From NCBI RefSeq assembly GCF_009834535.1, contig NC_045696.1:67892001-67956000 (forward strand): a stretch of 64,000 bases of DNA. The letters are read 5' to 3'. Source of the stretch: Camelus ferus. Lineage: Eukaryota. This document shows, one piece after another, positions 1-12,859 of the stretch (positions are counted from its first letter, which is position 1; each line of letters opens with the position of its first letter). Below the pieces are notes generated by a model that was not told where the DNA came from, searched no databases, and was given only the letters and a program-made list of their open reading frames with translations. Made by a program: the position numbers and the translations under genes.

Positions 1-3000
1 TCTGAATTAAGCTATGAATATAAAGACTTGATGGGCTAGAAATTGAAGGCAAGTGTGTACGAGAGGCCAAGAATAGCGTGAGCTGAGGCACGAGATCTTA
101 GCATCATCAACTCACCCTGTAAATAAAAACTGTGTTACCTACTACCTGGGGATTTCACTAATGGTACAGAACATTCTAAATGGGCCAAAAAAAAAAAAAA
201 AAAGAAAAAGAAAATAGATATAAACTTCAGAAATGTATAAAAAATTAAACAGAAAGTAACATGAATTATAAAAACATTGAGAGCAACAGAGGATGCAGTA
301 ACATTTAAACTAAATATAAAGTAAGCAAATCTTACACCTCTAACAAATACCGCGTCATAATATATAGCAGATGAAGAGACAGAGCTACATTTTAAAAAGT
401 CTGAATATCCATGAAACTTTACCCATGTTTGTCTTTAAAATGTATATATGCAAGGGAAGTTTCTTCCTTCACGTATTCAAAAAAGGTTATATTAAAAGAG
501 AGAAAGGGATTGGCAGAATTGCAAGAAAGAATCAACTTCAGAAATTAAATGAGACTGAGTTGCTTCGAATGAGGATGCCACATTCCAAACTGTTTATTGC
601 AAGAGAAGAATTACTGAGCAGTGCACTCACCCATCCAGACATCCGCCACCCATCCAAATATATATACACATAAGAACATACAGACATACATTTGACCACA
701 CACAATCATTCCTACTAAAAACACAGTAGCATAATAAGAGCCAAGAGGAACAGAAGGATGAGTGAGAAACCATGTCTTGTTGCTTAAATGGGGAAACAAA
801 GCTTACATTCTTATAAGGAAGTAGGGAAGTATCACCATCATATGGGGCCACATATGCCATGAAGACAGGGACCAGCAGGACAGCACGCTGAGTGAGGACG
901 GCAGCCTCACTTCGGAAACCTAGTCACAAAACCAGAGAGCATGTCACCTCTCTTCTCTGAGCCTCCATTACTTTATGTGAAAACAAAAGCAGTTCTTAGG
1001 GTTAGAGGAGGAGGTATTAAAATGACAATGGAAAAACAGAGTGCCTCCCATGGGATGTGTAGTCACAAGCGGCAGAGTAAGAGCAGGAGGAACATCAAAA
1101 GAAGTAGAAGCGTGATAGAATAAGGTGCTCGTGGAAACCCAGGGAAGGGAGCGGTCACCTCTGATCTGGGCCATGTCTGGACACTGGGGAAGGCGACACA
1201 AGCAGGGTTTTGATAGGTGACAAAAGGGTGTGGGCGGCAAGTTAAGAAAGAACAAAGAGTTGAGCAAAGAGCTGCAGAGGATCAAAGAGGGCGCCAGCGT
1301 CCCCAGAGAACACACCAGGCAGTGGGAGAGCCCTGCGTGGTGCGGTGAAGAGGATGGGGCATCTTAATGCCGGAGGAGTCAGCCAGGGGCCAACCCACCA
1401 CACAGTTCGTAGCACTCGGAGCGCAGGGGCCTGAAGGGCGACCATGGTCTGCTTCTCTCCTCCCTCTTACACAAGCCCTGCCCCACCCTGACCCTCAGGT
1501 GTGCACCGACTGTCACACCCACTAAGCCTTCCTCACACGTCTGCCTCCTTAGGACACTCTGCCCTCATTCCCTTCATGTTAGAGAAAGTCCATCTTAGCT
1601 CTCCCCAAAAATGGGGAGACAACGTAACAATCCCCTAGTAAGGAGACCAGGGAGACACAGAGAAAACAGATGAGAAAGCCAACAATGGCTCCTCTTGTCT
1701 TGTTTAGAGGGGCTCTCTCCCACATCACAGCCTTGAGTCCCGCGATCGCTAAAGAACAGCAAGGCAAAGGAAACCAGTTCTGCCAAGCCCCTGACTAAAC
1801 TGCAGCGGTGCGGGCTCCCACGAGGCCAGCGAAGCTGCAGGGACCCACGTGGAGCTGCGCAGAGCCACGGGCCGCATGGACTGCTCTCCCAGAGCAGCCT
1901 GGCAGGCTTGTCCTCGCTCTCTCCAGACAAAGCAGACCCCAGGTCCACAGCCACAGCTCAGGGCGGCATGCCGACACCTGACCTCCTCCCAACCACCTGC
2001 CTAAGGGTCCAGCCACCTGACACGAACTACACATCTGGACTAGGCCTCGGACATCAGTCCTAAAATACTAATAGACTGGAGACGTGTTCACTGTGGGTGG
2101 GGAGAGGACTAGAAAGAAAAGAGAGAGACTGAACTGTATCACAGAATGTGAAACAGTCGCATGCAAAATCGCTGAAACAAACGCACGAATGTCATCCAAG
2201 GAGTAAGAGACATCTTGGAGAGGGTGAGGTGATTGTTTTAAAAAGTAGGATGGGGGAGAAAATAGAGAGAGGGGGGCTGAATCTTCTTTCACCACCTCTT
2301 CTCTCTCAGCAACCAGAAGGCTAACGACCTACTGACAGCTGTAAGTCAGTGTTTCACGGGTTTGGATGAGCTGCCGGCACTGATAGGTAAAAATATGGAG
2401 CCTCTTCAACCAGAGTACAGCACTCTTCATGCTGCCTGTGGGGTCCACCGTGTGGCTGTGCCCATGCAGATACACCGGGTGTGCTGAGATCACGGAGATC
2501 CTCAAATCCCCCTTGATGTAAAATGTACCACCACTACTAAGCCCCTAAAACTAGGCTTCACTCAAAGTTCTCTGTGTTTCAACACACAGAGCCCTGCAGA
2601 CGACTTTATCCTACAGTAGCCTACGAGTGGAAAAGTAACCAGAGAAGGCAGCACAACTCTGGGTGCCTTACTCGGTTTGCTTCGTATGGGTTTCCCATCA
2701 GACCACTGCTTGGCAGCATTTGGGGACCCTCGTCCAATGGCAGTGGGGGGGGGGGTGGTAGACACTTCTACAAGACAGTGGGACAGGGATGGAGGATACA
2801 GCAGTAGAAGGGCACTGAGCTACGAATGGAGAGAGGGGGGTTCTAGGTTTAGCTCTGGCCCCAACTCACCATAGTCACATAACCCCTGAGAGGTCTCAGT
2901 CTCTTTATACCTAAAAGAAGAGTTGCCTAGACAGTTACTAGGTGTTCTTCCAACTTTGAGAATCTATACTTTTTGACAACCACACTGCAAATTCTTGAGC

Positions 3001-3152
3001 TACCTTTCCCCGACACAACCAACCACTTTTATCACGTTGTACTACAATATAATAGTACACATCACTTTTGTTACGCAAGTTGTATATAAATCTCTTTTAT
3101 TATATTGAACTCTCCCAGCGGGGGCACCCAGCTCCGCAACCCTCACACTCAC
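1..3152 (-). other. LPP: LPP intron downstream of the first coding exon (partial)
   Basis: Begins at the GTGAGT donor. No further LPP-like coding sequence appears in any frame. Confidence 0.88.
2835..2965 (+). mobile_element. MIR-family SINE fragment
   Basis: Degenerate MIR core (ctaggtttagctctggcc...ctcagtctctttatacctaaaa) and a MIR3-like tail (cttccaactttgagaatcta). Confidence 0.5.
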
Positions 3153-3345
3153 CTTCACCACCAGGTTGCTTGTATGGGTTGTACTTGGGCTTTGGAGCAA
3201 CGACTGGGGCAAACTTCTTGGGTGGCTGCTGGGTGGACACTGAAATGCTCGGGGTCCCAAAGGAATGGGTGGTCTCCATCCGTGCAGGCACATGGCCCAA
3301 GGGCTCAGCAGTGCTTTTGGGTGGCAGCCAAGATGGGTGCGACAT
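3153..3345 (-). CDS. LPP: LPP (lipoma-preferred partner, zyxin family) first coding exon: codons 1-64 plus 1 nt (phase-1 donor)
   Basis: Translation MSHPSWLPPKSTAEPLGHVPARMETTHSFGTPSISVSTQQPPKKFAPVVAPKPKYNPYKQPGGE(G) matches the recalled N-terminus of mammalian LPP, including the zyxin-like KKFAPVVAPKPK motif. ATG at 3345-3343 has A at -3. Donor GAAG|GTGAGT has its GT at 3152-3151. Coding length is 193 nt. Confidence 0.97.
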
Positions 3346-3380
3346 TGTGCAATCTAGAATTAAAAAGGAATAAACACGGT
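3346..3380 (-). other. LPP: 3' splice site and 8-nt 5'UTR portion of the LPP first coding exon
   Basis: Minus strand reads gtgtttattcctttttaattctag|ATTGCACAATG. The AG is at 3355-3354 and the exon starts at 3353. Confidence 0.9.
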
Positions 3381-6069
3381 TGTTTTTGAAGTAAGACGAA
3401 AAAATGAAGGCAACATACTTCACATCGTTGTTACCTCTTCTTTATCCATACTTAATGAAACCTTGAAAAGCACTCTGATAACAGGAAGCGAGAAGATGAA
3501 GGAAGGAAGAAGGAGGAAAGTTATGAAAAACCTACCTTAACTGGAGGAAAAGAAAAATTGAACACTCCCTTCAACCAACCTTGAATACGTCTCTCCCCAC
3601 AGTTAGCAAATAGCTGCCCTAGCATTATTCAGGAAACAGATATGAGTAAGAAGTCGTCCCCAACCTAAAGAAGCTTCTATGGTAGGAGAACCTTATATCA
3701 GCAAGGTTGGCAGAAAGCTTCAATTTTATTAATAATCTATTAAAATGATTCCCACATCAATATATAAAAGGGTGATAAGTTACCCAAGGGAGGTGGTATT
3801 ATCTAAATGAGGTCAAAAGTAAATAAAAGTGTTTCTGGAATGTAGAAAAAGATAAGGTCACTTCTTGCTCGGAGCAGAACTAAGACCTCATTAATGAGGC
3901 GACCGTCAGACCGAGCCTTGAGTACTGAGCACAGGTCGGGCCTGAACAACGTTGGCAACGTTGCATGCGCAGAAGAGTACCCAGCACTCAAGTTGAGTGT
4001 GGCTGGAGGGGGAATACAGAAAAGGAGCAAGCAAAAGAACTAAAAATGGGGGTGGGGGGGGTGGGGGGAGTGCAACCAAAGAACAGCTTTGTGCACAAGC
4101 TTGAGGAGTTTGGATTGAGTTCTGCAGGCATTAAGAAACCACCAAAAGCTTCTTCTTGAAATAACGACACAGTAAGTGCATGGCAGGACACTTTACAACA
4201 TCCCTCTGGCAGGAGCAGTGCTGCTCCTCACCAAGGAGCACTGGAAACTGGGGGGAGAGGACACTGCCACAACACCTGGGATGATTACTGGTATTCAGTG
4301 CCCAGGGGCTAAAATTCAACCCCTATAATGCACAGGGCATCCCACAGGACACCCATCAGGAGCTATTTTAGCTGATATCATACTGGACCCTTAGGAAAAT
4401 CTGAACTAGGAGGGGGATGAATGATCCAACCCAGATGCTGTTCTACTCAGATTAAAATACACTCTGTGAGGAAAATAAAATGACATCTTGTATCAGGGTA
4501 ACCCAACCACCCCTCCAGACAGCCTGCAGGCTAGGGCCGAGCCTCAAAGACTGCCGCTCAGGAGGGCTCTCCAAGTCTGATTGCAAGAGCTCTCCAACGC
4601 AGGGAGGCCCGGAAGGCTCCCTCACCCACTCCCAGCCCCAAATCCACCCAGTAATTTATTAATTGAACTGAATTAATTGAGAGGGCTCCATGATTACCTC
4701 CAGATGTCTGTAACGACAAAGAGAACTGGAAACGCAGGAGAAAATAAAGTCCTTGGCACATGGCAGGGCCACGGAAGGAGGGGGTGAAGGGGGAGAGATG
4801 GGGCCCAGTGTTGCCTGGGTAGCACTAGGCCACACCAGGAGGGTGACGTGCCCTTGACAGCCCCGCTTCCTTCATCTGATGCACCAGCTGCCTCCACTCC
4901 TTGTCCTCCTGAACTCAAGTTTTGTAACAACCAGTGAGATAACAACATTAAACTATTTCATATACTGTCAACTGCTAAGCAAAGTGAGCAGAGAAGAACT
5001 GTTGGAGGTGTAGGTTTCTCAATGAAAGAGGATGACAGGAATCAGTGAGGAAGACTCTAAATTAGGAATCAGAAGGGTTCTGTCACCTAAGCCAGTGGTG
5101 ACACTGGCTTTTCACTCTGGTCACAGGGCCTTTTTTTCCTCTTCCTTCCCCGTACCTTGTAGACACCTGGTCAACTGAGACTTTTTTGGAAGCATGGGGA
5201 CTGTATTTTATACAGCCTTAAACCCATATGGAAAAATAACCATGAATCTGGTTAACTTCTGGTTCTTAAAACTGGCTGCACATTAAGAATTCTTTGAGTT
5301 TTTTTAAATCAATATCAAAAACAAGCCCATCTCTCAAGGCTGAGAATCAGCAACTTTGGTTTTATTTGCTTGCTTGAACCTCAGTCTTCTAAGAAAGGGA
5401 TAAAGTGTCTGTCCGACTGTCAACACGACTCAGGTGAGTATCAGTGGAGAGCAAGTAGGATGAAATAAACACTTGGAAATGTGAATGCACCACGCACGTT
5501 TGTAGTGGAAATTTTATTGGTAGATTTTTTAAATGGGTTAGTATTATCCTTGCAAATTTTCCATAAATCTTAAGTTATTCCAAAATAGAAACATTAAAAA
5601 TGGGTTAATATAGGATACAGTGACTTCTAAAGCAAAGAGGCACATTTCCAGAGCAATCTCACATTGCCAATCGACTGTAGAATCCTGGCCTTTTCAGAAA
5701 TTCCATACATATAAAGGAACAGGAAACTTCCGGGAAAGTATGAAAAATGAAAACTTATGCATCCATATGCAAAGCATAGCCTCTATTGTATTTTCAGCTA
5801 CCCCCAGCACCATATATTACCCCTGCGACACTGCACTCGCCCTGCAGGCAACTCCAGTGACATCTCCAGCATGTGCTAGGGTGTGGCCAAGAATCTGTCC
5901 CATTTGACCTTAGCACCATCTTTTCATACCATTCCTCTATATGTTAACAATGACCCAGTGACACCATTCCCAGGATTTACAAGGAAATTCGATGCCCCTG
6001 AATCTCTGCTCATGCTGTGCCCACCATCTACAATGCCATATACCTCCCTTCACTTTCTACCAGATCCCA

Positions 6070-6330
6070 CTTTTCTTTTACCTTGACCCAGCTCAAATGA
6101 CTGATGCTGTGAACATTTCCCTAACTCTCTCCAAAAAGAGTAGCTTAACTCCCAGGCTCTTCTAGTACTTGTTCCATACTAACAGTCCACACGTAAGCTA
6201 GGTATTCACCTGCTTATCTGCCCCAATAAACTGGAAGTTCCTAAGTGCTCTCACTATACCAGCACAGTGCCTGGCAAGGAGGCCCTCAGAGAAATATGTT
6301 ACGCATGAATGCGTGAATGAATAAATGTTG
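6070..6330 (+). mobile_element. L2 LINE 3' end
   Basis: ccagcacagtgcctggca...gaatgcgtgaatgaataaatg is the typical L2 3' terminus. Confidence 0.7.
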
Positions 6331-6444
6331 ATCTCCTTGGTTACTCTTCCCTTTCTCGAATCTGTGTTATCTCCCTTCTTAGCATCCATTGACACTATCA
6401 TCTCTTTTTCCCCTCTCTTAATTTAGGGGTGAACTGAATCACGT

Positions 6445-6890
6445 TCATAGACTTCCAGGTATTGAACCATCTTTGAAGTCCTAGAAATTAATCCTACTCG
6501 GTCACAGTTGTAATGTTTCGGTAAATGGATGAATTAAATATGCTCATTTATATAAAGTTTTTGTACATATACTCATTGGTGAAGATCATTAGTGGTTTTT
6601 TCTCCACTTGTTTTACTTATCATTGTTAGGTTTTGATATGGCAGTTCTGCATCCTTTTCTAATGTTTGGATTAGTTTAATGATGAGATTAGAACTATCTG
6701 AACTTAAAAGGTTTATCAGAATTCTGTGGAAAGCCACCCAGGTATGTGACTTTAATAACAGAGCTAAATTGTATTTCCAACAACTTCTACAATAATTGTA
6801 GCAGTTTTATACTTCTTTTGAGATCATTTTTCAGTATTTATATTCTGCTGGAAATTCATCCATTTCCTCTAGGTTTTACTTCTATTCCCT
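6445..6890 (-). mobile_element. Ancient L1 (L1M) ORF2 fragment
   Basis: ttgaaccatctttg...aatcctactcggtca...ggttttgatat...agaattctgtggaaagccacccagg resembles the antisense L1 ORF2 region and is heavily decayed. Confidence 0.7.
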
Positions 6891-8469
6891 TCATCCAAGC
6901 TAAAATTTAAAATGATGTCTCATCTACTATGTATTATTTGGATCCTGAGCATCAATTCCCACTAATCCTTAAAGGCAAAATTCACATTCTCCATCCTCCA
7001 GTTCAAGTTATGTACCCTTTAACCACACTTCCACAGCACCCGGAACACTGCTGTCATTACACTCATCACATGTCACTCTGTCTCTCTGCTTGCCTATCAC
7101 AAAATAAACTCTTAAATTCTTGAGAGCAGAAGTAATTATCATTCTCTAATCAGGGCCCAAAACATGATATGCACTCAATAAAAATGTTTGTTATTCATTC
7201 ATTATTTATTCATTCACTCATTTATTCATTTATTCCTAGCACTGGAACTCAAGATGAAGCAAAGTCTCATCCTGTACTCAGATAAATCAGATTGTCATCC
7301 TGTATTCAAGGAATATAAAGCTTATCTGAGGAAGACGCATTTCTTCTATGTAAAAAGAGAGTAACACACGGTATACCCCTACCCCCAACAACAACAACAA
7401 AACACCAACTGCGATTCGTCGCAGGATCCCACCACGGGGGTTGTCATTCGCAAGGACTCTGAAGGCTGGCTGGCTCTGGAGGATAAATGGAACAAGCAAC
7501 AAGGATCATGCCTAAAAATACTGTGAACTGAAGGGAGTAGCAAAGCATTTCTGTGGGACAGGGAGCAGGCCAGTTGTATCGAAATGAGGGACTCAAGAAA
7601 ATACTGGGGGAAGAGATTGGGAAGATTAAATGAGCTTTACTTTTTAAAGGCCTTATACAGAGAAGTAAGAAGCTAGAACTTTTATCTTTGAACCAGGAAT
7701 CTAACAGGAGTGAAAACTCTACGTAAGAAAAACAAATCCATGCAAGATGGACCCAAGGAAGGTGATAAATGCAGCTGAACAGACAGAGAGTCCCTGCGAC
7801 CCCAGTTCCAGTTGCAGCTTTGACAGTGTGACCTTTAACAAGAGAGGATACTCATTTGCAGAATGAATGCAAAGTCCCCATCGGCTCTAATATTCTGTAG
7901 CACTTTCCTTCCTTGTAATCTTAATTACAACCCTTCATTTTGATAAATGTGTTTGAGAAAACCTTACAAGTTTAGTGAACGGACAAACTAGAACATTTCC
8001 CTGGGGTTTCTCAACTTCTCAGAAAGAGACCCATTGTAAACACAAAGATAAGCACTGGTGAGAGCTAGTTTTGCTGGATCAAAACTTACCCTGCTCTTAC
8101 TTCCTCTGGTTCTAGATTGGTTTCACTCTAAGCTTATAATCATCATGAAAGCAAGAAGTGAAAGGGAAGATCTCCACAGGGGCTCTGAAAATGCACAAAC
8201 ACCATCAGAAGAGAGGAAAACAAGAGAAGTGGCCCTCAGCTAAGCAAGATGCCTACAACCGAAGCAAGTTAAAGAGCTGGGGCTCCCGAACCGCTGGTCT
8301 TTCAGGAACTGTCATCAGATGCAAAGCAATTAAGAAGAACCTAAGAGGTTTCACTTTTTGCCACTCTGTCACTCTTCTGTCTTCTCCTACTAGCTGTTCA
8401 GTGGGTACAAGAAAGCTACAGGCTGAATAGAAACAGCAAGTGTTTTCTGACGACTAACTGTACGCCGAG

Positions 8470-8650
8470 CAATTTTCTAATGGCCATGTAATTATCCTGA
8501 CTATTATATGGGGTAGGGTTACCATTCTCCACGTTTAGCAGATCCAGAAAGCAAGGCTGTAAGAATTAAACAAGTTGCTCAAAGCTGAACAAATAGCAGA
8601 GCTGAAGCCTGAGCACAAGTCTTTGACCCCAAATCCTTGGTCTTCACCAT
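8470..8650 (-). mobile_element. MIR SINE fragment
   Basis: attctccacgtttagcagatccagaaagcaaggct...aagttgctcaaagct...gcagagctgaagcctgagcacaagtctttgacccc is an antisense MIR core. Confidence 0.6.
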
Positions 8651-11600
8651 GGTACTACTAGCTATCTGGAGGAAAAAGGAAAACATCACAATCCAAAGAA
8701 AGTTATCACTGAGAAACAGCAGATTTTGCTTTTATCTCCATTCCCAGCTTCTGGTTCCTTCCTGCCATAATGTCTTCTCTATTTCTTTCCGTCAAATCTT
8801 GCTATCATGACCCTGATGATCACACACTGATGAATCCAAAAGTCTGGCCAACCTGATGTGGCACAACAAAACGCAAACAACTGCAAAAGGCCATATAATG
8901 ACCAAGACCCTTTCTCCACAGGTGGGAAAACTTAGGGCTACAGAGAAAGTGACATGTAATACTAAAAAAAGCTACCAAGCTCCTCTAAAGATAGCATGTG
9001 AGTGACAAATCACTGCCATCCACAAAAATAGAATGAACTAGTGTTTGCTCCAGTTTTGCTTTTCTAAAATCAATATCATACTCTTTAAATATTTACACAG
9101 ATCACCAAAATTTAAAAACAACCAACCATTGCATGGTATTATCTAACACCAAGTATGATGAGCTTAAAAAAGGGATTTTCAAAACTGCACACTAGATTCA
9201 TCAGGAAATCTTTATGTCCGTATCTTGATTAAAGGGTTGCGAATAATTGACTTAGAACGTTTATATTAATCTTTAAATCATGTTGCATTAGTCCTTAAAT
9301 CTCCCTTGGCAATTAACTCAAGGCCTGGCTCTTGGTCAATGTTTGCTGAATAAATGAACGATATTGAAGGAAGAGACGGGTGTTAACATCACTATTTTAT
9401 TGGCAGAAGAACTGAGAGGCCACGGGGCTTTGTGACTTAAACATCAGAAGTAGCCGACAGCCAACTACAGTTTAGGATTCCTGTTCCATAGCGACATTTT
9501 CTCCACTTAAACAAGCAATTAAGATTTAAATAACACTTTCCTCTACCTTCGGAGATTTTTCACTATCTTCCCTCTTTATATAAAAGTCAGTGTCTTCCTA
9601 GAATTTCAAAACTGCTTTCCTAAGGGTCTATTAAAATGGTACACTGTGCTGTCCTCCCTAAGCTAGGGCTAATTACCCTTTTCTGCAACTTGGTCCTCAG
9701 CTGGAGGATGCCTGACCTTCTGAATTCACACGCAGCTTCCAGTCTTAGCTATGCCATGAGTTCACAGTGCCACCTTTGCTCTCTCTGGGATCATGGTGTC
9801 CTCCTTCAAAAATGATGCAGCGGATTATTAGATGAATATTAACAGCGACTCTACTCACAAAGTCACCTGTCCAAGGAAGGCCCTGACTGCAGAGCTGGAC
9901 AGAAACAAGCAGAAGTCGGCCACAGAGCCAAGTCATCTGTAACTCTCCTCTTAGCTCATCAATGAGAAAGCATGGTCCCCTTTTTTTCCCTTCTTTCTGT
10001 GTCACCCTTTCCTCTGACTCCTCGATCCTCCCCATTGTGGGAGGGAATCTTAGATTGATCTCAGAGATTACCAAGGTATCAATCAAGATTTATTATGTGC
10101 AAGTAAATAAGTACTTTTGGCAAACCTTTTCCAACCGGTGGAGGTAAGACCATAGCAGTGTAATTACGAAGCAGATATGCTGTGGCGTGTGATGGAAGCG
10201 TGGGAAGACAATGTTCAAGAACAAGGCAGGCTGAAAATTGCACACAATTGTTAGTTGAACAGCAAATCTAATCACTCTTCCTCTGAAGCATCAGGTCAGA
10301 TGAGAGCCGGAAAGGCAAAGCAGGACCTGCCATGGGCTTAAAATGTCAATGCATTCACTCCACTCCTCTTTCCAGGCAGCTCTGGCCCGGCCCTGGCTAA
10401 GTGCCCCACTCTCCACATGGACAGCTGGCGTCACTCAGAAGGGGTGACTAGAGAACAACTCTACAGAAATGCCAGACCTTTATATAGACTATCTGAGAGA
10501 CAGTTGGAAATACTGGAAAAAACATCGGACTGAGAGGCAGAGGACTTGGGCGCAGTTTCTAGCTCAGCCACGCACTGGCTCTAGGACATTAGTCCCTTGA
10601 CCTCCTTGAGCCTCAGTGTTTGCACTAAAGATTAGATGCCTACTACCATTCCTCCCAGCTCCCATGTTCCATGATTCCTCCTCCACGTCTGCCAGCTGAG
10701 TGAGCTGAGGTTTCTTACAAACCTGTCTTCACGCCTGTGAACCTCACTGCCCAGCGATTGTAGAGTGAAGGGATGCAGGCAAGGAATCAACATACTAAAT
10801 GCCAACCTGCTTTGCACCCAGTTGGTGTGAATACAAGTCAACGCTACGGCGCCATCCCAGCAACCAGCAACACAGCTGGTGGCAAGAAAAACCCAACTAC
10901 GTTTGCAGATCCCAGTAAACTAAGAAGCAGAGAGGAATCAGTCAGTCCATTTAAGTGAACACTTGTCTCTGATAAAGAAGTGAGGCAGAATAGAGACATA
11001 CTCCACACTGCACTGTCACTTCACATTCAGAATGTCACATGGAAAGGGAACAATCAACCCTGACAGGGAAACAACAGCACTGGGAGACCAGGACCGCAGG
11101 AGAAGATAAAGGAGAGAGAATAGAACCAAACCAATTACTAACTCGCTGGTTTTTATTTGCCACAACCAGGTGACAACACCCAGGACAGGCTACTCCATGG
11201 CCAAGAAGTCACAGGGAGTCCCAGCTTGGAGAAATCTTAGGGACCAATCTGTTCCTTCTAATTTGAATATTCAACAACCAAGATTTAGAAAAGCTGACAG
11301 AGCCTATGGCAGGTAACACAGCAGCCAGTGCATGCTGAAGGCTAGATTCAAACCCAGCTGTTCTGCTTCCAGAAAGCATGCGCAGTGGCAAAGTTTCATT
11401 AAACAAGTGAGAAGCTCCACTGATGGCTGGATTATAACTAGAAAGAGGCACAGAAATAGACACAGGAGTAAAGAATTTCTCTTCCAGAAGAGTCAGCACC
11501 CACACCACTGAAAATCAGCACAGAAGTCATGAGATCCCAACCTTGCACTCTAGGTCACATATAATGACAGTGGGTCTCCTTGGCTAAGTGACCAAGAAAA

Positions 11601-12859
11601 TATTTACCCTCTCTGGACCTCAAACTCTCTAGCTCTAAAATAACAAGCATTAGGAAGATGATCTCCAAAATACCCTCTTTCAACATGTTATGTTCTATAA
11701 TGGTATGGCTAGTCTTGGAGTGTGCTGTGCTCATAAAAAAAAAAAAATGTTCTTAAAGGTTTCTTTTAAGTCCCTGATTCTAACAGACTTTTTCTGTACA
11801 AGGCCGAGAAAAAAAGAGGTAAACAATACCTTGAGCCCCTGGAGCTCAGTAAATCTACTTCCAAAAGTGGAAATCTGGATTTACAAAAATGAGAATCTGA
11901 GTGATTCACAAGGGTTTAAAACCCTGATTTATATCGTGCCCCTGCACTAGGATGAAACAGTGGCCATGGGAGAAATCACCAGTATCACCTCTAACAAGGC
12001 CTGGCAGTCTCCTTGGTAGTATCTGGAATCCTCTCGTTCCAAACTCACTGCTAAGCGGGCAGGTCCACAAGTGAATTGCTGTTCATTGTCTGCGTTCCCT
12101 TGACACCTTGTTCAAACTTGTGTTAAAACACATGAGCACCATGTTTTATTAGTTATCTGTGTACAAGTCTGTTGTACCATTTACACAGGTTACAGAATAT
12201 TACTAGCACTTGAGGGATGTTTTCATTGATCTTGACTTTTTAAATAATTTTGGACTTTCCTTTATTACAAATTCACTTTGATATCTCAATAAAAGTAGAT
12301 TGAATAAGAGGGGAAAAAACTCTGTTTTAGATAGAATTTGAAAAAGTAGAAATATTTTGTCTTCAATGAAGATAAGAATGTTGACAAATCTCAGGCCATA
12401 TTTACATCTGACACTATTACGTGTGACTCTGTGAAGCAATGTTTACTCAGGCCACATAACCTGCCAAGAGTAATCACAGCCACAGGACAGAGAGTGAACC
12501 GTCACCCTTCACCCTTCTGAACGTTATATTGCTCACAAAACTGTCACCCATCAACCGTGCTGTTTGTATCCTATTGTTTCAACTACTAGTTGTAAACTAG
12601 CTCAGAGCCTTTGCATAGAGTTTGGGCACTATAATTTGAATCAATTCAACATTACTGAATTTAGATAGTATGATTATTATAAATTAAAGTTTCCAAATTA
12701 ATTTATTTCTCTAATACTTACTTTTCATCTTAAATTTATCTTAAACCCAAAAATCTATTTCATTCTATGGTTAAAATATAAGGATATTGCTAAATTAAAT
12801 TAAAATACCCAGTCACTGGAAAAATAAAGGGGAAGTGGGGAGAAGAGGTACAAATGTTC

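Noticed and set aside
1300..2000. GC- and CpG-richer patch as a possible CpG-island promoter
   Set aside because: CpG density looks modest by eye and there is no promoter architecture.
3100..3152. C-terminal ECEGCGAGCPRWESSI of the same ORF
   Set aside because: It lies beyond the GTGAGT donor and is intron read-through.
3346..3423. N-terminal extension MKYVAFIFSS...LDCT in the ORF track
   Set aside because: It reads through the polypyrimidine tract and acceptor, so it is intronic. The recognisable LPP start is the ATG at 3345.
7409..7424. Hairpin CTGCGA-TTCG-TCGCAG resembling a UUCG tetraloop
   Set aside because: The stem is only 6 bp with a non-C-G closing pair, and the UUCG lies on the strand antisense to LPP. 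Expected by chance.
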